A DNA stretch of 64,000 bases, taken from NCBI GenBank assembly GCA_039621445.1, contig CP154954.1, positions 24,812,954-24,876,953 of the forward strand. The letters run 5' to 3'. This stretch comes from Euglena gracilis. Its lineage: Eukaryota. This document shows positions 1 through 14,000 of the stretch, piece by piece (the stretch's first letter is position 1; each line of letters starts with the position of its first letter). A program made the translations under genes and the position numbers. Under the pieces are notes generated by a model. The model was given only the letters and a program-made list of their open reading frames with translations, searched no databases and was not told where the DNA came from.

Positions 1-2564
1 GCTCCCCATCTCTCAGCATGATTTTTTCCCAGTGGACCCGGTGGTTTTTCCAGTGCATGGACTTTTCCCCTTTTGTGCCCCCCAAAACTCAAAAACTCTT
101 TTTTTTTTTGAAGCACTGGAATTTTTTTTTGACCTTAAATTTTTTTGCAAATCAAAAAAACATTTTTGGCCTTCAGAAATCAGCCTTCCCATCAAAAATC
201 TCACTTCCGTTTTTTCCATGATTTTTTCCCAGTCAGCGGGACCCCGGACCCCCCCTCTCCGGGAAGATGGGGGGAGGGTCCAGGAATGGAGGGGGCTGGG
301 CTGGGCTGGGTCGATGAAAAACAAATTTTATAAAACATTTTTGCCTTCTCGACATTTTGATGGAAGGAGATAGATCAAGGCTGGGGGGCTGTGATGTAGA
401 AAGCTGTGATGAGAAAAAAATGCAGGGATAGGTGACCTGGGCAGCCCAGTTGGCTGGCCAGCCTGCAGCCGGCTGGCCTGGCCTCTGGCCGGGCTGCGGG
501 CTGGACCCAACTTTATTTCACTCGACCCCGGGGGGGGCTCCCAGCCCAGATTTGGGCTGCTGGCTGGATTTGAACTGCTGACTGGCTGGACCCCCCCCCG
601 GGGGATGAGGTCCCCTCTGGCTTAAGAAATCCCTTGTTCTGATATCAAATTTCCCCCCTGTTTTAAATCCTGTTGCGCATGCTCCATCCAGTTGTGAAAC
701 TGGAGTGACATTTCGAAATCTCACAGCTGAACAAAAAATAGCCATCACATCCCTTTCGTCGGATTCCAGTTTGCGCCGTAAGGGAACACCGGGTGCAAAC
801 ACAAGTGAATGAAGGGCAAACATCCGAAACACACTCTGAAAAGGGGCTGAACAGAGGCATTTTTAACCAATTCAAAAAGGCTTAGATCCTCAGCCATTGG
901 AGTGAATCAGTTGGGTCTGTTGTAAAACACTAGAATACAATATACTCTGTTGCAAATTTCCCAATAGGCGACGAAAGGGTGGCAGAACTCCGAACACCCC
1001 CGAACCCGCCATTTCGGTCCTGAAAAGACTGGCCATTGTGGCAGCAGTTGTTACCAGGTGCATACTCTTCGGAGGTGTGAACTTGTCGATCAGCTCCCAG
1101 GTGGCAGATTGCGCAAGACCACACAGTTGACAGGGTGAACCTTTGGAACTATCCAATGATGTTTTTGTGATTTGAACTGGAACGTTTGAATTCGATAGTT
1201 ATGGGCTATTTTTGGGGGGAGTTTTGAGACGTTTTTTCATTCAAAAAACAAGGCTCAAAAACAGCTTCAAAAGGCCATAAAATCGGAATCGCCTTAGATT
1301 GCGCAATTGCGCAAGGCGAGTCCAGTTTTATGAGCTAAGTGCGAAGTAGCCCAGTTGGTGAGTTGGTGGCAGGCAGGATGGGAGAGTTACGGGGTTTTCG
1401 CCGGTTTGAAACGGTCCGAGTGCCCCTCAGAGTCGGTCCGTGCCACCCACCCACCCACCCACCACCAATTTTGAGATCCTGTTCAGAGTGAAAATGAAAG
1501 CACTTATATTTATTGTATTGCATATGCTTAATCATGATGTAACAAATCGAAATGCACAAACAATCGTGGCCATCACAGATCACGTCAGGCAACAATCCAG
1601 AATGACAGCATACACCAAGGTCTTGCTGATTGTGCCCTTCTTGCCTTTCAGTAGGCGGCTGAGGGGCATGTGCCGCGCCTGGCGCGACATTGCAAAACGG
1701 CCCTGCGGCGGACGGGCCACGGTGGGATTAGGATCAAGCTGAACGGTCCCCAACTCCTTTGTCATCGTTGTTGTGATTGGCTGTTTGGCCAAGGGTCCTG
1801 ACCTCCTTCCTCCTACGGGGCTGTTGATTACCCCCCCCCCAAAAGCGGAATACCCAGACTGTGCAAAAACGTGCCCTCTCAATGCAGCTCATTGCGAATA
1901 TTTGCATCAGTGCCTTTGCAAAAAAGAATTCAGGGTGCCTTCAAAAAAAACAGTGAAGAAAATTGTACAAAATGGTTTAGTCGCTCGGTCACTCAGTTTA
2001 AGATAAAGATTGCAAAAATAGAAAATAGAAAATAGAAAATAGAAAACAGCAGCAGAAAGGAAGGAGAAAATATATCCCAGAGAAGAAGGCATCTTCTCCA
2101 AAAAATCTTCCAAAGGCATCTTCCAAAAAATAGAAGCATCATCAACACTGATCTGTTTCTAGACCTTCTCCCCGACCAAGGGTATTAAATGAGCAGGGGA
2201 AGGGGGCGGCCCGAAGGGGGGGGGGGTCGTGACCCCCCCTCCCCCCTGTACAAAACCAGCACTCACGTAACACCCCGTCCCACTTCAAACCGGCAAAAAG
2301 TGGCACGCCTCACCCCCGCCCACCCTGGCCTCTCTCGTCACCGTGCGCCACCCACTTCCTTCTGTTTTGGGCACTTAAAGCAACCCAAAATGAACCATAC
2401 CTGGGTGGGAGAGTCTAAAGACAAATACAAAAATGCCCACTAGGAAAGTTTGCATGCATGATGCATGAATGCATCACATATGTATTATATTTATATGTGT
2501 TGCATGCACATGCATGTACATACATACGCTTGCATGTGTATGCACACGTGCATATGCATACATG

Positions 2565-2705
2565 CATACATACATACATACATACATACATACATACATA
2601 CATACATACATACATACATACATACATACATACATACATACATACATACATACATACATACATACGTACGTACGTACGTACGTACCTACGTACGTACATA
2701 CATAC
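2565..2705. repeat. (CATA)n/(CGTA)n microsatellite
   Basis: Read directly. Confidence 0.97.
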
Positions 2706-5700
2706 ACACATACCTCCCCCCTTCCCAGGCGCTTTGCCCGGGCCATTATTGAAGGTAAGGCCAGGGGGCCAACCTTAGGGGGCCAAGTTTGCACGTAAGG
2801 AGGGGGGGCCGAGCGCCCGGGTGGGGGCAAGTGCCAAAGGGCGGTATGTATGTATGTACGCATGCATGCATGCATACCTGCATCTATTTATGCAACAACA
2901 TAATTGATGAATTTTTTCAGGCATTATATATAAATATTTGTGATTAATGCATCGACATGACAAGCACAAAACAAAGCATTGTATTTGAAGTACAAAAATA
3001 CACAAAGACGCAGGTTGGGGAGAAGGTAAAGAGGCCAGCAAACCAAAGACAGATCAAATTTCAAATGGAACATGGAGAAAACACAAGCCGAGGAAGGAAA
3101 TACCGGACAAAAAATCCGTACAATATAGCATAGCCTGACCCCCGTAGAACTTTTCTTTTTTAAAAAGAATGGTTCTGACTCTGAGCACAGCTCAAATGGC
3201 AGAATGTCAAAAATCTCGGTGTCATGTTGCAAAACCCCTACGAGTTCTTCGGATGGTGGGCCATCGCCCCGGTTGTGGGATTGGGTGCACGGTTGCGGTT
3301 ACAGCTAAAAATAACAAATAAAAGGTAAATTTTATGAATCAAATAATAATACACCGAGAAATAAATCAGTGCAAAAAAAATGGACCAAAACCATCTCTTC
3401 TCAGTGCCGGGGTGAGCCAGCACAGTTTGGTGGCCCATTCCGCTGTTCTTTTGTCTTCAGACAGTGAAAAAAGCCCAGAAGAAGAAGACAAGGGGGGAGA
3501 TGAAACAAGATGGAGAAATACCCCTGTCCAACGACCACTGATATTCTCCTTCACCAGGGGGCAGTCGTTAAAAAAGGCCACACTGCCAAAATTCAGCTAA
3601 AATTTGACAAAAGCCCCAAAAAGTTGCCGAAAGTGGACAAAACTGGCAAAGAAAAAAAGTGGCAAAACGAATGAGCCGAAAAGGGCCCAAACCAGCACAA
3701 ATGACCCGTTTTTGCCCACCTGGGTGGTCCATTCCCCTCCTCTACCCCCCCCCCTTGGCCAGACGTTTGGCCATTTGTCGTGATCTTGCAATGTCCAGCC
3801 GCCACAATTTTACTCATTGAGGGTATCGTACCCGCGTTTTGGGGACTGTCGTTTTTTTTTGTCATCATTTTTGGGCATTTTCAGCCAATTTACTGTGGAT
3901 TCAAAAAATAATAACTTCCATAATTCTCACAATTAGTATTCACACTTATCTCATGCGACCATGCGCATCTGACCGGGGGGGGGGGGGCGTGGGTTTGGGG
4001 GGGGGGGGGGGGGAGAAAGGGAAACTCTGGGAGTCGGAGATGACGACTTGCATACTTTCTTGGCATTTGGCATCTGTTTAAACTGCCTGGGAAAAGAAAT
4101 AACACGCGGGTCCCTTTCTCCAGGCTGCGGAGTGGGTGGTTCCAAATGCTCCGTCTTCATCCGTGGGACGTGGTGGACCGCGAGCTGGGCAATGCCAGCC
4201 GTGATCTCCCTCGTTGCATAAAACGACGTCAGGAGGAGAGGCACACTAAACAGGAGCGGCCAAAAAGTTGAGTCCCAAAGACAATGCACGATACATCTCG
4301 TGGGGGGGGGGCGGCGGGTAAAAAACACCAAAAAAAAGCACGTTGTAACACACTGCCCCTTCCTGCGCAAAGATGGTATACAGAGTCAAAGGGTGAGAAA
4401 AAGCGCAGTGGTGTGCGCGCACTTGTATGTTGTGGTCGGGTTGGTGCGTAGGTGGGTGAGGGGCACATTTGTCCATGTGCGTCGGTACAGCAAGCTCTGT
4501 CAAGGAACACCAGTGGGACCCCAGTCCCACTGCACCCCGATAGTCCATCCAGCCACTCCACCCAAATACATCCAGATATGTATGTCGCGTATATGTATTC
4601 CACTTCCAAGAAGGAGTGGAAAACTTGAGGTAATGATGCTGGTGGGCTCTTGGGGTTGGTTCTTTGCCGTAAGGAGGGGGAAGAAAATCAGGCCCTCTGT
4701 CGGTCTGCGGCAAACCCCCTCATCAAGGGCAAGGGCTGGTCAACGGCTGTCGGTCACAGGCAAGAAATTTTATGATCAGCTATTGGTCCATTAACCTTTC
4801 AAGGAAAAAAATACATGAAAAAAGAACTTGTTGTGCAAAAGACCGCAAAATTCTCGTTCAATTATTTGAAAAAAAAACCTCAAAAAAACCCGCCAAAATC
4901 TGGGTTTTTCCCTTATCACCTGGAAATATCCACAAAAAAGAACAAAGGAGGTATTTCATCGAATCAAATGCACTGATTTAGTCTGCACCAATGTTATCCA
5001 TATCAAAAAATCTCCCCTCCCACCGTAGGGCATGAGCGCGACTGGCTTGAGTCCTCAGGCAGGTTGCAGCAAAGGATGGGAAGTTGGGGTGGGTCAACGC
5101 GGGGGTGGACCATACACCTCTCCTCCTTCGGTTGGCCCATGCCCAGGGTGGCGTGCCCTTCCCACCAGGCTTCTTTTAAGACCCCCCAGGGGGATTCCTT
5201 GCCACCCAGCCTGACGCAGGACCCCCCCCCCTCCGGGAAGATCGGGCCATCTGAGGATATTTCCCCACAAAATTTTCAGCAGTTTGCGCCATATCCGTGA
5301 CTCCAGCCCGCAAACAGAGTAATTGCTGGCGGAGAGGGGCTAAATCAAAGGGAGGTGAAAAGAGGCAAACCGCAGGAAGAAGCAAGCGCGAGAGTACAGA
5401 GGTTCCCACAGCTGGTGGGCGGCAAAAATGGCGCATTGGGGGTCCGGGGAGGGCGTTCCTCCCACAGAGCAAACACAAGCGTCGGCCACACTTCTCAATT
5501 CGTCAATTCTCAATGCGCCCTCGCTGAGCAGGATGCAGGCATCGCCACCCAGAGTGAGGGTGAGGCAGGCAGATGGACAAGAGGTCAAGCCCAGCGTGGG
5601 GGATTTGCCGCCGCAGCCGCCAGCCACCAGCGTGGGAAGAACGGGGATTGGGGTTGGGGGAAGAACGGGGGTTGGGCGCACGTGGACGACATGCAGCGGC

Positions 5701-8049
5701 AGAATGTTGGTGGGGCTGGAGGGGAGGCAGGAGAGGGAGGAGGGAAATGATGTGGGATGAGGACAGCCTCGCTGGCACTATCCCATGCCACCGGGAACTG
5801 AAGGTACTCAAAAATAGACACAAGGAACAGCAGTATGAACGACACACCTTGTCGAAACAACAGGGTGCAAATGAAAAATGCCATGTGGCACCCCGGAAAC
5901 GTATGTTTGACATGGGGAGGGGGTCGGTGTTAATTCAACGGTACCGGACAATTTCAAAATATAGGCTCCCACTCAAGCCTAGCTTGCAGGTTGTTTTCAA
6001 TCTGTGAATCGTTTTCAAAAAAAAGGTCTTGAATGAGCCAACCGTGCGAACGTTTATATCTGTATATCTATCCCCAGACAAAATTTCCATTTAACCACGC
6101 ATCTCCGGCACAAAGGGACAACAATACAATCAAAAAGCATTGATGCCTGGAACTAGAAACAGCAACTGCGGGAAGAGCAAAGGGGAATAATCTGGCAACA
6201 AAAGTTGCGATTACGATCTAAGTGCATCATTTTGTGCGGAATGACGCTTTTCGAGCTGGATACAAAATTTCCAACCGCTTGAAACTGCGATTCTCCTCAG
6301 AGAGTGTTGGGAATTGTGCATTTGAACGTTTATTTGGTTAGACTAGAGTCTTGAACTTTGCTCCAAAGAGCCAACAACCCAGAAGAGGTTAAACTTCGCT
6401 CAACGTCATGGTGCCAATGCTTAATGCATTACGGTATGAGGGCAACTCTTTCGACACAGATAATTTGCTGGAGATTGCTTAAAATTCTTCTGAAACATTT
6501 GGCAAAACATTCTCAAAAACTTGGACTCTACCAGACAATGTTTCAAGTGCCGTAGAAATTGCAAGTCACATGTATTGTGTGGAATTTGTTGTGAGGTAGC
6601 ACCTGGTTTGTTCCAGGTACGACAGACTGTCACGAATTTTGCCGTTTTGTTACTCACTGCTGCAGGAAAATTGCTCAACAACAAAATTTTGATGCAACGC
6701 ATGTGCTATTTACCGGTTCCTCTGTCCTCATGAGGCTACTGCAGAATTTTTGCATTTGCTATAAAAAAAATAATCCCAGAGTCTTTTTATATTTGGGTAA
6801 GTATGTGGTTCAAGGGCTTATTAAAGAGGCTGCCCCCTCCCATCACATTTGTGTCTTTCTTGGTGCTATTTGTGCTAATTACTGTCCCTGGCAAGATCCT
6901 GGCGATGAATGGATTTCGGAGAAAAGACACTGTGTGCGTCCATTGGCAAACCAGTCAAATACCCCTGGTCCAATGAACCACAAAATTGCCTCTACCAGCA
7001 CACACAGATGTATGCCACATATGTCTCATGCGTTAAAGCCTGTCGAAGGTAGTCCACCAGAATTTCCCCAGCCAAATTGGACTAGCTGCAGTCCAGCCAC
7101 CTTCCCCAGGAGGGTTATGCGAACCCTTAAGCAAGCCTGCCCAAGACAGAAAAAAAAACCACTTTGAAATGACCAAACGAGGTTGCCAAAAATGGACCAG
7201 TCCGACAAGCTGCTTGAGGTTGCCCAGATCCATGCATCCAGGCCAACTCACAGGCGGAAACTGGAAGCAGGCTGCACTCTTTCCTAACCAGGAGAGGGAA
7301 CGTGAAAGGAGGTTGTTACCCTGGGTCCCAAATGTATGTGAATCTTACGTCGGCGCTTTTGGTTTTCATCATATTCATCTGAAAAAAATCGATTTTTTCC
7401 CCTGGAAAAGCAGGCATTCCTATGATCACCATTTTCCCACCTTTTTCAGCTTCTTTCTGGTGAACTTGCTCCATATGAGAATGAATACAAATAACAAAAA
7501 TATTTTGTTGGTGTGTTGGTTGGGGGGGGGGGGGCTTTGCTCGCATTTTTCGAGCATCCTGCACGCTGCAGATGGGTTAGTTGCAATGAGTAACGCCATG
7601 GATAATGATTCCTGCCGGGCCTGGAGGGGGTTGCGTTAAAAGTGGGTTTAGGAATTAGGTATGGATTCATTGTTTGAAAAAACATGGTCTATCGTATTGT
7701 TTCTGTTTCTTTTTCCTTGAAAAAATTTTTTTTCTGACTCCTTTTCCACCTCTGATTTTTATACCACCTCTAACAATTTTCCATCATTTCCACAATTCCT
7801 ATTTTTTTTGATTTTCTCCCTGGACACACAAATTTGCAAAACCCTTTTCAAAAATCGCACGTGCACGCACATACGCACACACGTGCATACGTGGAAAAAC
7901 AACAAAAACCATTTTCAACTGTTTCTGACCAAGAACTGATAACTGCATTGGTGCGGATGTTTAGATCCTCAAGACAGAAAGGGGGGGGAATGGTGGAAAG
8001 GCTTCACCGGTCTAGTGGTGTCGTGTCCAGCAAACAGGAGGTGGAAAGT

Positions 8050-11000
8050 GGGCAAAGCGGCGGATTGCGCATGGCCATGGCAGCGGCAGTCGGCCGGGGC
8101 TCTTGCTGTCAGCCCCCGTCTTGCAGAGGGGCATCAACGGGCTGGCTTCACCGGGCTGCCGGCGGGCCCTGGCACACTTGTGGGCAGGACAAAAATGGTC
8201 ACTGCAACCATGCCTAAGCAGTACGTAGGCACGCGCTGGTTGGTAAACGTCCAGAACCCAAAAGGCTGCTGCAGTTCCCCGCCCGGCATGGACCACACAC
8301 GTGGAGCTGCACCGCCGTGCCGGGTCCGGCTGGGGTAGCGGACTTGCGACTCCGACCGGCCTCCCCAGCCGAGATCGGTGGCAGACCCCTGCAAGCGCCT
8401 GCCATTGGACGGAGTGCTGGAATCTGCGCTGTTGTTTGTGGATCACACGGCATTGGACAATACACCTGAGAAGACAGATACCAAAGGACACAATCCATCA
8501 TCATCCACACATCCACATCCCATCCTCCATCCATCCATCCATCCATCCATCATCCATCATCCATCCATCCCATCCCATCCCACGCCCACCCCACCCCCCA
8601 TCCCCCCACGCCCACCCACCCCACCCCCCCCCCCCCCCCCACCCACCCACCCACCCTCCCTCCCTCCCCCCCCCTCCCTCCCTCCCTCCCCCCCTCCCTC
8701 CCTCCCTCCCTCCCTCCCTCCCTCCCTCCCTCCCTCCCTCCCTCCCTCCCTCCCTCCATCCATCCATCCATCCACCCACGCCTACCCACCATCCATCCAC
8801 CCACGCCCACCCCCCCACCCACCCACCCTCCCACCCTCCCTCCCTCCCTCCCTCCCTCCATCCATCCATCCATCCATCATACACAAACCTTCTGCAATCC
8901 CCGGTTTATCAGCAAACACCCAAAATAAGAGGCTGCAGGTTGATATTTGGGGGGGGGGGGGTATTATTCTGCCATTTTTTGTCAAAATCAAATATTGTCC
9001 AAAACAAATGACACTCTTTATTCAGTTCTTTGGGTTTATTATATGCTGGATGTTCCTGGTGTGCGCAAACCCAGCCTCATTGATCATGTGCGTTTGAACT
9101 CATCTGATTTTCTCTTGTCTTCGTTCCTTCGTCTTTGTTGTGGACTGTGGGAGTGTTCATAATTTGGGCAGCTGGAATCAGCCCTTTGGGGTTTATTTTA
9201 TCTGGGGTTAAGCATTGGAGGAGGTTGCGTGATCCCTTCACACACACCACACACCACACACCACACACCACACACCACACACCACACACAACCACCTCAC
9301 GTCCGATTTGACAGCATTCTCAGCATTGCTGTGTGTACACCATTGGTGACCATGAGCCCAACCACCCAACAAATCAATGTGGCACCCGGCATTGCCGCAG
9401 AGGACTGGTGGCCTTCGCCTGCGAGGGAGCCTTGGGACCCGCTGCGTACCAGCGGGCCGAAGTTGTGCACTGAGCTGGGAGCAGACTTGGGGGCAACTCT
9501 CTGGGGCTGAGGGGCAAATCGTGGGACGTTGGAGGATGTTTGGGGAAATCCTCCGCTTTCCCCCCTCCTTCTCACCCCTGTAAGGCCTTACGGAAATGAT
9601 CCTTTCTGTTCGAATTGTGCATACTGGACCACCTGTACACATTGGCGATGGATCATCAACATAAAAAAAAAACACTAAACAAAAAGAACATCACAAAAAC
9701 TATGGTAGGAACCTGTTGCGATTCTTTTCTCAAAAAAAAAACGCACACGTTAACTGCGTTCAAAATGGCAGGAAGGCCCTGCCCACCGCAAACTTAGGGT
9801 GACTTGTGCTCAAGTCTGGCCCTGGGAGGGACTGCGAGCCATACTTGACCGACCGGGGCCACCACTGACCGGACTGCGTTGCCAGGGCGGAGTGAGGGGA
9901 TGTTGCCCGACCTGGCACTTGGCTCGGCCACCGACAAACTGCGCTGTCTTGCAATAACAAAGCCAGAATAACACCCTCAACGTGGCATTGGGAATACACA
10001 ACGATGATGTGGAAAAGCAGACACGACCTTGTCACACATCAAAAATCGCTGCACAGTCACAGGATGTGGTGTAGGAGCTGCCAAAGCAGAAATTGTTGTT
10101 GCCGGTCACAGATTGCTCATAAAATTTTGACATCGTGCTGGTTTGTGATCATCCTTGGTTTCTGTGGCATAAATTGCTGGGGCATCAATCCTGTGCATTC
10201 ACCAGACTGTGTCTATGACTTCTGGGGGATAAAGAAGAGTTGAGTTGGACGAAGCAACTTCGGAAGACAAGGCAAATAATTGGAGGCTTTTGTTCGTTCC
10301 TCCCTGGGTGTGCGGATGCGGCCGGAGGCGGGCAATCACATGAGTCTGCGCCGTCCACCGGCACCCCTGTCGGCTGGGGCTGGTCCATCGTGAAATGGAG
10401 CGACCCCTCGCTGCAATGGCGGGCGGTAGCTTCAAAACCTAAGTTCAAAAAAAAGGGAAAAAAGAAAAAGGAAAGAAAAACAACAATGAACTGAAACTTC
10501 TGGGATTCCTTTTACAATTGTGTAAAAGTAAATTAATCACAGGAAAGCAGGGAAGCCATTGGTTCCACAGTTCGCAATGGTGGCAGTGTCTGATGGTCTT
10601 AAGCAGCCTGTCCGCCTTGGGCCGGTGTTCAGCAAAGAGGCACACCGCCCCTCCCCTGTTTGCCCAAACAAGGTGAGTCGAGGATCGTGCAGGCTGACCC
10701 AACTACCTCCCCCCCCTGGGGTATTGACCTGGGTCAAGTTGAGCCCAACAGAGGAGGAGGTCAACTTCGGGGGGTCACGTTGGGCTCAGGGGGGGGGTCA
10801 CTTTCCCCGTCACATGCCACGTAACTGGATGAATGCTCGTGACACCCTATCACCATCGGAATGTTTTCCTACAGAAATACCGTCTTCGTCTGACAATGTA
10901 AGGAAGGTACCCAGCTAACAACAAAAAGTGCACTCAGCCACACCCCATGCAGCAAATAAACCCGCCCCCCCTAATAGAAGCGCGGGGCTGCTGCAAGCGC

Positions 11001-14000
11001 AGGGTCCAAATAACAGCGCACCCCCCGCCAACGAAGGCGGCGGTCCACTACAAGCGCACCCCCCATTTTTGATGGGATTTCAAAAGGAGATAAACAAAAA
11101 TCGGGCAGGAAGGGTCCAAATAGAAGCGCACCCCCTGCCACCAGAGGCGGCAGTCCGCTATAGGTGCACCCGTGCTTCTATTAGGGAGGGAGGGTTTAAC
11201 GAAGTTGGGGCTCATTGGCATGCCTACATCTCCATTTTTCGGCTGATTCATGGCACAAAAGTGCCCGGATTGGACATACTTTTCGGCCACCACCACACAG
11301 TAGCCTGTAATCGCGCATCGCCAACACAAATTTCAATCAAGAAGAATGACCCCAAAGTCAAACCACTTTATTTGCAGTTCCTGGTGGGTTGAGTTAAAGG
11401 CAGCTGCCAGATTTAGGCAGGCATCTTTTCTAGCTCCAAGAGGCAAGTAATGGCGCAGAGTTGCCAGTTGCAGTGAGACCGCAATGCCCTCGATGGGTGT
11501 GGGCAAGGGCGCTGGTGGGGCTTGCTGCAGCATCCGCAGCCGGGCCGTGATGCGGCGCCGCTTGACCCACCAGTAGAAGCGGAGGACAGGATTCGCCCTC
11601 CGTCGCATGGCCGGCGTGGACTGCGCCGGCCGATCGGCGGATGCAGAAAGAATTCGGAGGCATTTAATTGCTTTTCGTTTTCATTTTCGTCATCATCGTT
11701 TTAGCGTTCCAAATCACACCCTCGCCCTTGTGGGCTGGGTGACAATCTCCATGCATGGGGTATGTGATTCACGCCAACAGCAAGCCTGGGTGAGTTGAGA
11801 TCCAGGACGCCAGAAAAAGCGACTTTAGAAAAGAACTGCAATAAAATCAAACTAAATTAATTTTATTCATTTTTAGGTTCCGGTGGATCAAGAATCAAGA
11901 TAGTTAAAATACTTTCTGTGGTTTTGTAGAGTTTTGCTCTTTTTGGAATCTGCCCGTTCCAATACACAAACATGTCTGTAAAAAATTCAGGGCAGGCTTC
12001 GGATTAGGGAAATAATAAAATTCAGGGGGCTACAGTTAAAACAAATGGTTTTGTGCAATTGCTTGACAAAAATAAAGCGAAAATTTATGGCGGACCCTAA
12101 AGTTAGACACACCATGGGACACACCCCTGGGAAGACTTGTACCGTGACACCCCCCCCCACTGGAAGACGTACGGACACCCCCCCTTGTCTAAGCTCCGGA
12201 AAAGATAGGTAAGAACCGGGGGGGGGGGGGGGCTTATTTTGCCAAAATATGGGTAAGAACCGGGGGGGGGGGGGGCTTAGACAAGGGGGAAAAATTTGAC
12301 TGCAGAAAAAATCCGGCGCCGAAAAGGAACATTCCCTTTAGTTTGCACCACTGTGGAACTTACACACATTTGGGATGCAGAACTAAACAATATCTCACCA
12401 AATCAGGTCTCAGAAGTTGCAGATATTTCGAAATTTTTGAGAAATTTCCCTTAAAAATGCACACAAAATAAACCTCCCCGTGACGATGACCTTCAAAGGT
12501 GGGTAAGAACCGGGGGGGGTGCTTAGACAAGGGTGGTGCTTAGACAAGGGGGGGGGTAATTCAGCGAGTAAACCACCATCTCATGACCGCCCATTACCAC
12601 CCCCAACGGGGGAGCTCTGGAGGCTTGGTCAGGGCCATATGTGAAGGGAAGGCCAGAGGGCCAACTAGGGGGGGGCAACGTTTATGTTACAAATGTTGCA
12701 TAGAGCACGCGAGCGAAAATGGCCAAAGGGCCTAAAACGATGGGGGGAAGGTCAAAAGTTTAAAGAGTTTCAGAAGCTCCGAAGGTAAAATTTGGGGGGG
12801 GGGTGGAAAATCTGCATTCAAAGAGGAAATGGGCCAAAAGTACCTGGGGGGGATGGTATTCCTGTTTCTCAGTTGCCAAATTCTTCGCAGAGGTTGGTAC
12901 AATTGTTCTTTGCAGGAGCTCTTTTCCCCTTTCCCCGCTGTTTCCCACGATGTTTTGAATTCAACTCCAACATGCACGGTCGCAAATATTGACGTCTTTC
13001 GCTTCCTTTCACAATCTTAAGATCCTAAGGGTTTTTGCCTATTGGCCAGAAAAAAAATACACGTTTTTGCTCCGTTTCCTACCCGCCCACCCATTTGCCC
13101 ACAAACCAGGATTCTGCAACATCTGACCGGGAGGGGAGGGTGAAACGCACCCCCTCGGTGCTCAGTATACGGGCAAAAGGGGGCGGGTTGCAGCTGCTCT
13201 GTCTGTGGTCGATCTGAATCTGAGAAAGAAAAGATCGAAAATGTTTGGACATGAGCAGGGGGGAGGCTGGGAGGGGTCGGCGAAGCCTGAGCACAAGGCA
13301 GCGATGGCAACGCAACAGGTCAACGCCAGATGCCAAACAATGAAGGAGGCAGCAGTAATGTGTGTCATTGACCCCCCCCCCGCATTGGGGGAATGGGAGG
13401 TAGATGAAATCTATATTGTATCAAGCAAACCAGAAAATATACATCGCTCTGGCCATTCTCTTCCTTCAGCCAAGACGAACCCTGTGTATTTGTTTGATGC
13501 AAATAAAAAAAAAAGCAAACAGCATCAAAAGCAGAATTCCAAATGTGGACTCCCAACAGTTTCCTTGAAAAGACCACTTGGTCGACACCCGTTATATCTT
13601 ACCATAATCAGCACTTCAGACGTCAAAATATTGTTTGTGCATGAAAAGAAATGCCATCCAAAAAAAGATCGTGAATCAGAGAACAAAATACGATGCTTTA
13701 TTCACCTCAATCACCACTGTTTCTACCAATCAGCTTCAAGCAGGCGGCGATCGGCAACTTCCCGCGTAGCAAATTGGCAAGCATAGGGCCAGTGACAAAC
13801 TTTGCATGCAGGAAACTTCGCGTTATTTGCCGTGTCCATTTCGACCGCTGTGGGTGCGGTGTTTCCTTTGGCAGGTTACCTGTAACAGCTCCCACCTTGC
13901 CCTCTTTGGAAGCGTGCGAGTTCCCAATGAAGACCCGAAAGGATGGGTCGGTCCCTCTCGCGTGTGCCGCCTGGCCACGGCGATGGCGATGGACACGACC

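Noticed and set aside
6000-7300. AT-richer stretch with interrupted reading frames
   Set aside because: Multiple stops and no recognisable motif, so no gene or pseudogene call can be supported.
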